DNA of 62,901 bases, filler included, from Choristocarpus tenellus KU-1152 (lineage: Eukaryota > Protista > Phaeophyceae), in assembly GCA_964200185.2 (NCBI GenBank). It is 7 parts of 7 records of this genome, joined end to end, with 100 filler letters (N's around TTAATTAATTAA, not from the genome) between each part and the next. Parts side by side here need not be neighbours in the genome. Positions count along the whole stretch, not along the records: positions 46,157 to 62,901 come from CAXNAD020000778.1; 6 more parts are not named here. The stretch is one strand, 5' to 3'. The translations under genes and the position numbers were made by a program. Positions 51,338-62,901 of this stretch are shown in pieces (position 1 is the stretch's first letter; each line of letters begins with the position of its first letter). Under the pieces are notes generated by a model. The model was not told where the DNA came from. It made no database searches and saw only the letters and a program-made list of their open reading frames with translations.

Positions 51338-52581
51338 CAATAAAAAGAGTTGACCCTAACCAGAAATTCGTCCGGGATTCCAAATCTTCTTTCAGAAATG
51401 ATTTCATCAGTACATCTCCAAGAGTTATAGACAATGGGGAACAGACCTATGGCACGGAGGTAGTATGTATTTTTCCTTAGAAATGCGGCAGACAAGATGC
51501 CTAGATAAATGTGGTCACCGATGTTCAGGAACATTTCCAAGGTGGGGATATCTCACGACCTTACGGCCAGAAAGACATCGGGAGCCCATAGTTAGAATTC
51601 TGATATATTGAGTTTGAAACAGCCCAAAACCCAGAGGAGTTGTGCTTTGTGCTAATGACCATGCTTGATATATCCTAGAGATTTTGGGCTGCAAAAAAAC
51701 AAGTCAACGATGTGAGATTTATCAGGTTTGGTGTCAATGTAGGCCTGGGCTGTGTAGGGCTATGTGGGCCATGATAGGAAAACTGCTTTCACATGTCCTA
51801 TGGTCTGTGCTGACTGTTTTTTCCTTCGGTAGCTTGTGTACCCTTGGGGCTTACACCATAAAAGGGGTTGCCCCCCAAAGTACTAGAAGGGAGATGTCAG
51901 CGGTAACAAGAGTACTGAAGAGTCAAATCAACTGAGAGGTAGGCAGGATTCGACCCCTTTGCATCCTAAGCCAACTCTCTCACCCTGAGCAATACACTCT
52001 ATTTCATCTATTTATGTGCACAGTAGTGCCCGGAAAAACGATTTTCTCTCTTTCAACACACTTTGTGACACCACAAATCAGCAACGGGTCTTTCTGCAAT
52101 CGTACAAAATGGCATATTTTTACTCTTTCTCGGGATTCTTCCAATGCAACCCCCTATACCTCTCAGTTGGTCTGAGTCCAAAGTAGGGTCAAGATATAGA
52201 GTTGTCAGGATTGAGAAAGAGCTTAGCCAAGACCTTAAATTTAGGAGGAAAATGGGAGTACATGAGGTATCAAGGGGTTGGCCATTTAATGCTGAAGACG
52301 TACCACGAAGGAAGAATGTGTTGACATATGGAATCTTTAGGCGGGATAGGGACAAGATCAAAACTGACCTTTTCAACGCTCTTGTCCACATGTCAAAAGG
52401 CAGGAGTAATCCCTTTGGTAGAAGTTGTGAAAGCGCTTGGAGAGTTGATGTGTCGCTGTGACTCAAAGTAAGCGAGAGGATTCCATAGGTACATTGTAAG
52501 GATGCTGAAAAATGTGTGCAAAATTCGGCTTTTATCACAAATGTTTTTAGCGACTTTCATAATTCTGTTGAAGAGTCTCAA

Positions 52582-52701
52582 GGGTCAAAGTATCTGGGGA
52601 GAAGGTGTCGGCGTCCGTTTTTCACCCTTTTTTCGATTTTCGCTTTTTCGGNNNNNNNNNNCCCCCCCCCCCCCTCCCTCCCTTTTGTCCTCGCCAACGC
52701 G

Positions 52702-52739
<38 letters not shown>

Positions 52740-52753
52740 AGATACTTTGACCC
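52582..52753. mobile_element. G-tract MITE with 4-bp TSD TCAA (contains a 10-N gap)
   Basis: TIRs gggtcaaagtatctgggg / ccccagatactttgaccc. TCAA at 52578-52581 and 52754-52757. Confidence 0.8.
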
Positions 52754-54950
52754 TCAAACATAGAGAAATAAACAGTCTCAAGTCGAACTTAGCTAGTCAT
52801 TCATACAAATATGGGTGTAGGGTTAAAAGATTGAAACTGGCTTAAAATGCAAAACGGACAAAACCGGGGTACCTCTCTTTTACTTTGACTCTGTTCTGGG
52901 AATAAGGGTGATAAAGTTGGTATAGTAAGGATCAAGGTATCTGCAATCTAACCCTTCCACAAACACATCTGGAATTCCCAACTGTCTATACAACACTTCC
53001 TTTCTGTTTTGTTAGTGTGAAAAAGTATAGTAAGAAGGCATAGGGAGATTGGGACTCAGCCTAGGGTTAATAGACCAGAGACGCGGAGAATGTTGGTATA
53101 ATCTAGACATTGTGTGGAGATTGGGACAGTGTGTAGGAGAATTAGCAAGCTTGGAGTTATATTTCTCTCTCTTTCTTAGTGAGAGCATCAGAGTTGTGGG
53201 ATTCTGGTAAAAGGAGGCAGGGTGCAGGGGGATCTTGCGATGAGGAAATGATGGGTGAAGTGTGTGATGATGGGAATGTGAGGTTGGGCTGGGATATTAA
53301 GATAAGTGGGAGACAAGGGAGGAGGGGTGGCATTATCAGGTTCAAAAGGGGTCAAAAGTTCGAGAGGGTGTAATACTAGCAACGTATGGGTCACAGAAAG
53401 GAATGTCAGAGGAAAGAGTGATACTTAGGAGTAATGGCCATCATGGAATATTTCACAAACATACAGTTTGAACCCCTCACCCTGATGACCTACAGTGACG
53501 GCAAAAGGTGGAGGGTGGTCATAAGGAACCGTTGTAACCTTTGCATGGTGAAGGTAGTGGGAGAACTCGAGTTTGAAGTCAGGAGAATACGTCTTACACC
53601 CTGGCAGAATAGGGGGGGCAAGGAGAATATCTACGATGGGGGAACCACAACACATCAGACTGGGGAATGGAGATGGAGGGGCTAAGGGTCTTCACGATGT
53701 ACGTTAGGGCAATTCAGAAGGGTCTAGTGTGATTGTCAAAAGAAGAAATGGTGGAAGGTAGAATGGGTATAGCCAGGGCTAGAGCTAGTGCCTACGTATT
53801 TGGTAGAGAATTTATGTAATGGGGAGGTAAAGCTTGGGCGAAGGAGATGTCCACTAGTTGAAAGGGAAAGGAAGGTATGGAAGTGGATGAATTTGGAGTA
53901 TTTGGGATGATTGCGATTTTTTGTTGAAGATCGGTCTGGGAGTGGATAAGTGGATTGGTCGCATTGGTTTGTAAGTGGATACGTGTAAATCGACCGCACC
54001 AGTTCGTAAAGGTGACAGAACAAGGGTTAGGGCATGGCAGAAATATTCGATGATGTGATGTTGGGTTGGTGGTACGGAGTGTGAGTAAGTGAGGCTAACA
54101 CAAGAGTGGGCAATGAATCCAGCATTTAATATGTCTACCAACAGGAAGAGTTGTAGTAGTAGTGATGAGTAGAGCATTTGAAAACAAGAAAACAAGAGTA
54201 AGGATCTACTATTATCATAGTCAGAAACTTACCCTAAACTGGTCCCTATATGAAGAGGGTATAAAAGGAAGGGAAGAGTCCCACGAGTCAGTCAACAAGC
54301 CCAGTCTACCTCACCAACTCCGTATCTCGCCAACTTTTAAATTGCATGGCACGACTTGAGATTGCTATTTGTGCAGCGACACAAATCTGTTCCAGGCGTG
54401 CCTTCACTACTCCCTCCCTCCTAAGCACTCTAAGTCCCACTACCACCCATTACACCGGAATTGGACTCCCTATGTGTGTACATGACCGAATGTTTCCTTG
54501 GTGAATCTGTGGCTAGACAATGGCTGATGAAATCAGTCAGATGATCACGATTTTCCATGTTTGTTACATAAATGGCTATTTCATTAGTCCTGAAATGAGC
54601 AATATACTTGGTGAATATGTAAAAAATGGAAAGTTGAACTTGGAAGGTTCTGGGGTGATTCTCACATCAATACCCATAACAATAATAAGATACAACAGAT
54701 AGAGCCAGCAACGAAAGAAAACTGACTCCAAAGATGATGCAACCCACCTCGTACAAACACACTCTCCTCGCCATTACCAGACGACAAGAAGGTAGAATTA
54801 CACCCCCCTCTAGTTGCCAAGGATTTCTCCTTAATATTTTCCAGGAAAATAAAGGAATTGCAAGTCGATTTTGCTATTCTTACGCCTGACCCCAAGGTCC
54901 AATACCTATCCAGGTGCAATTCGAACTGTCAACCCCTTTGTTTGTGTGTG

Positions 54951-62113
<7,163 letters not shown>

Positions 62114-62809
62114 TAGCCCCATTTGACTTGGAAATGGTACCAAACCCAACCCTCGGAGCATATCTTCCAGAGTGTCCTGGTACTAGAGTGCAAACTTGGT
62201 AGGCATGTATTTTATCTTGGACTCTTTTAGTAGACCTCACTATAGTGTTGACCTTGGAGTCAATATATACTATTGTAACGTTTTTTGATCATTTGTAAAT
62301 ATATATATATATATGTGGAGTGCATAGAGCAATAGTTGTGGTTTTGACTGTGATAGAACAGCAGAGGCTGAGTAAAACATTTGGTAGTCAATAGCATTTA
62401 AATGCATTTGAATTAATATGGTAGTTCTGTGCTTGTGCCTTAGCTGTGGATGCTGCTTAGCAAAGGTATCATGATGGTCGATTATTTCAGGGAGTTCTGC
62501 TATGCACGTAAATTCTGTTGCAGTTTCCTCTTGGAGTCCTGATCACTTCTATTTTGCTCGTATAGAGCTGAGCTCTTCCCTTTTCCCGCAAATATGTGTG
62601 TATTGAGGTTCACACGATGCCATTCGCACACCAAACAAATCTTGATTTATCTTGTTCATGATTAAAAAATCAGTAGAAAAAAATAAAAGTACAAATGCTT
62701 CTATGGAGGTTGAAGGAGTGAAGATGTACAAAAGATTTCCACCCAAGAAGCTTGTACTGCAAATCATGTACTGAGTACAACGTAGTGTTGAGAAGTGATG
62801 TACAAACTT

Positions 62810-62901
62810 GGCTCAAAGTATCTCTGTGTGTGTGTGGGGGGCGGGGCGACCGCACCAGGGGGGCCATTTGGTGGCTGGCCTCGGGGAGAGCCCCAACCAG
62901 T
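62810..62901. mobile_element. Left end of a TCAAAGTATCT-family MITE at the window end
   Basis: ggctcaaagtatct followed by (TG)n and G-rich tracts. Confidence 0.6.

Noticed and set aside
52800-54250. Possible LINE reverse-transcriptase remnant
   Set aside because: No diagnostic QGxxLSP or YADD motif found.

Overview
Eukaryotic nuclear DNA, most likely from a brown alga (Phaeophyceae) or a close photosynthetic stramenopile. The evidence is a fucoxanthin-chlorophyll a/c binding protein (LHCF) gene copy, many spliceosomal introns and TTAGGG-type repeats. The window is not one locus. It is seven short contigs joined by artificial N-TTAATTAATTAA-N spacers (11431-11530, 23423-23522, 27304-27403, 30976-31075, 40881-40980, 46057-46156), so adjacency across spacers is meaningless. 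Host genes: a 7-exon ankyrin-repeat gene with a C-terminal membrane anchor, the last exon of an MSH3-like MutS gene, the first two exons of a probable mitochondrial acyl-CoA dehydrogenase, a >=10-exon soluble FAD-dependent fumarate reductase and an LHCF pseudogene. Most remaining DNA is decayed transposons (Ty3/Gypsy, Ty1/Copia, Tc1/IS630-like, mariner, possible hAT) and MITEs. I found no convincing new multi-gene system. The best candidates for undescribed biology are: (i) a pervasive MITE family with NNNTCAAAGTATCT termini, 4-bp TSDs and poly-G tracts, found at many contig ends; (ii) a tRNA-Gln-primed LTR retrotransposon family with 4-bp TSDs; (iii) an unannotated minus-strand gene built from 29/13/24-nt micro-exons; (iv) a tail-anchored, Cys-rich ankyrin protein.
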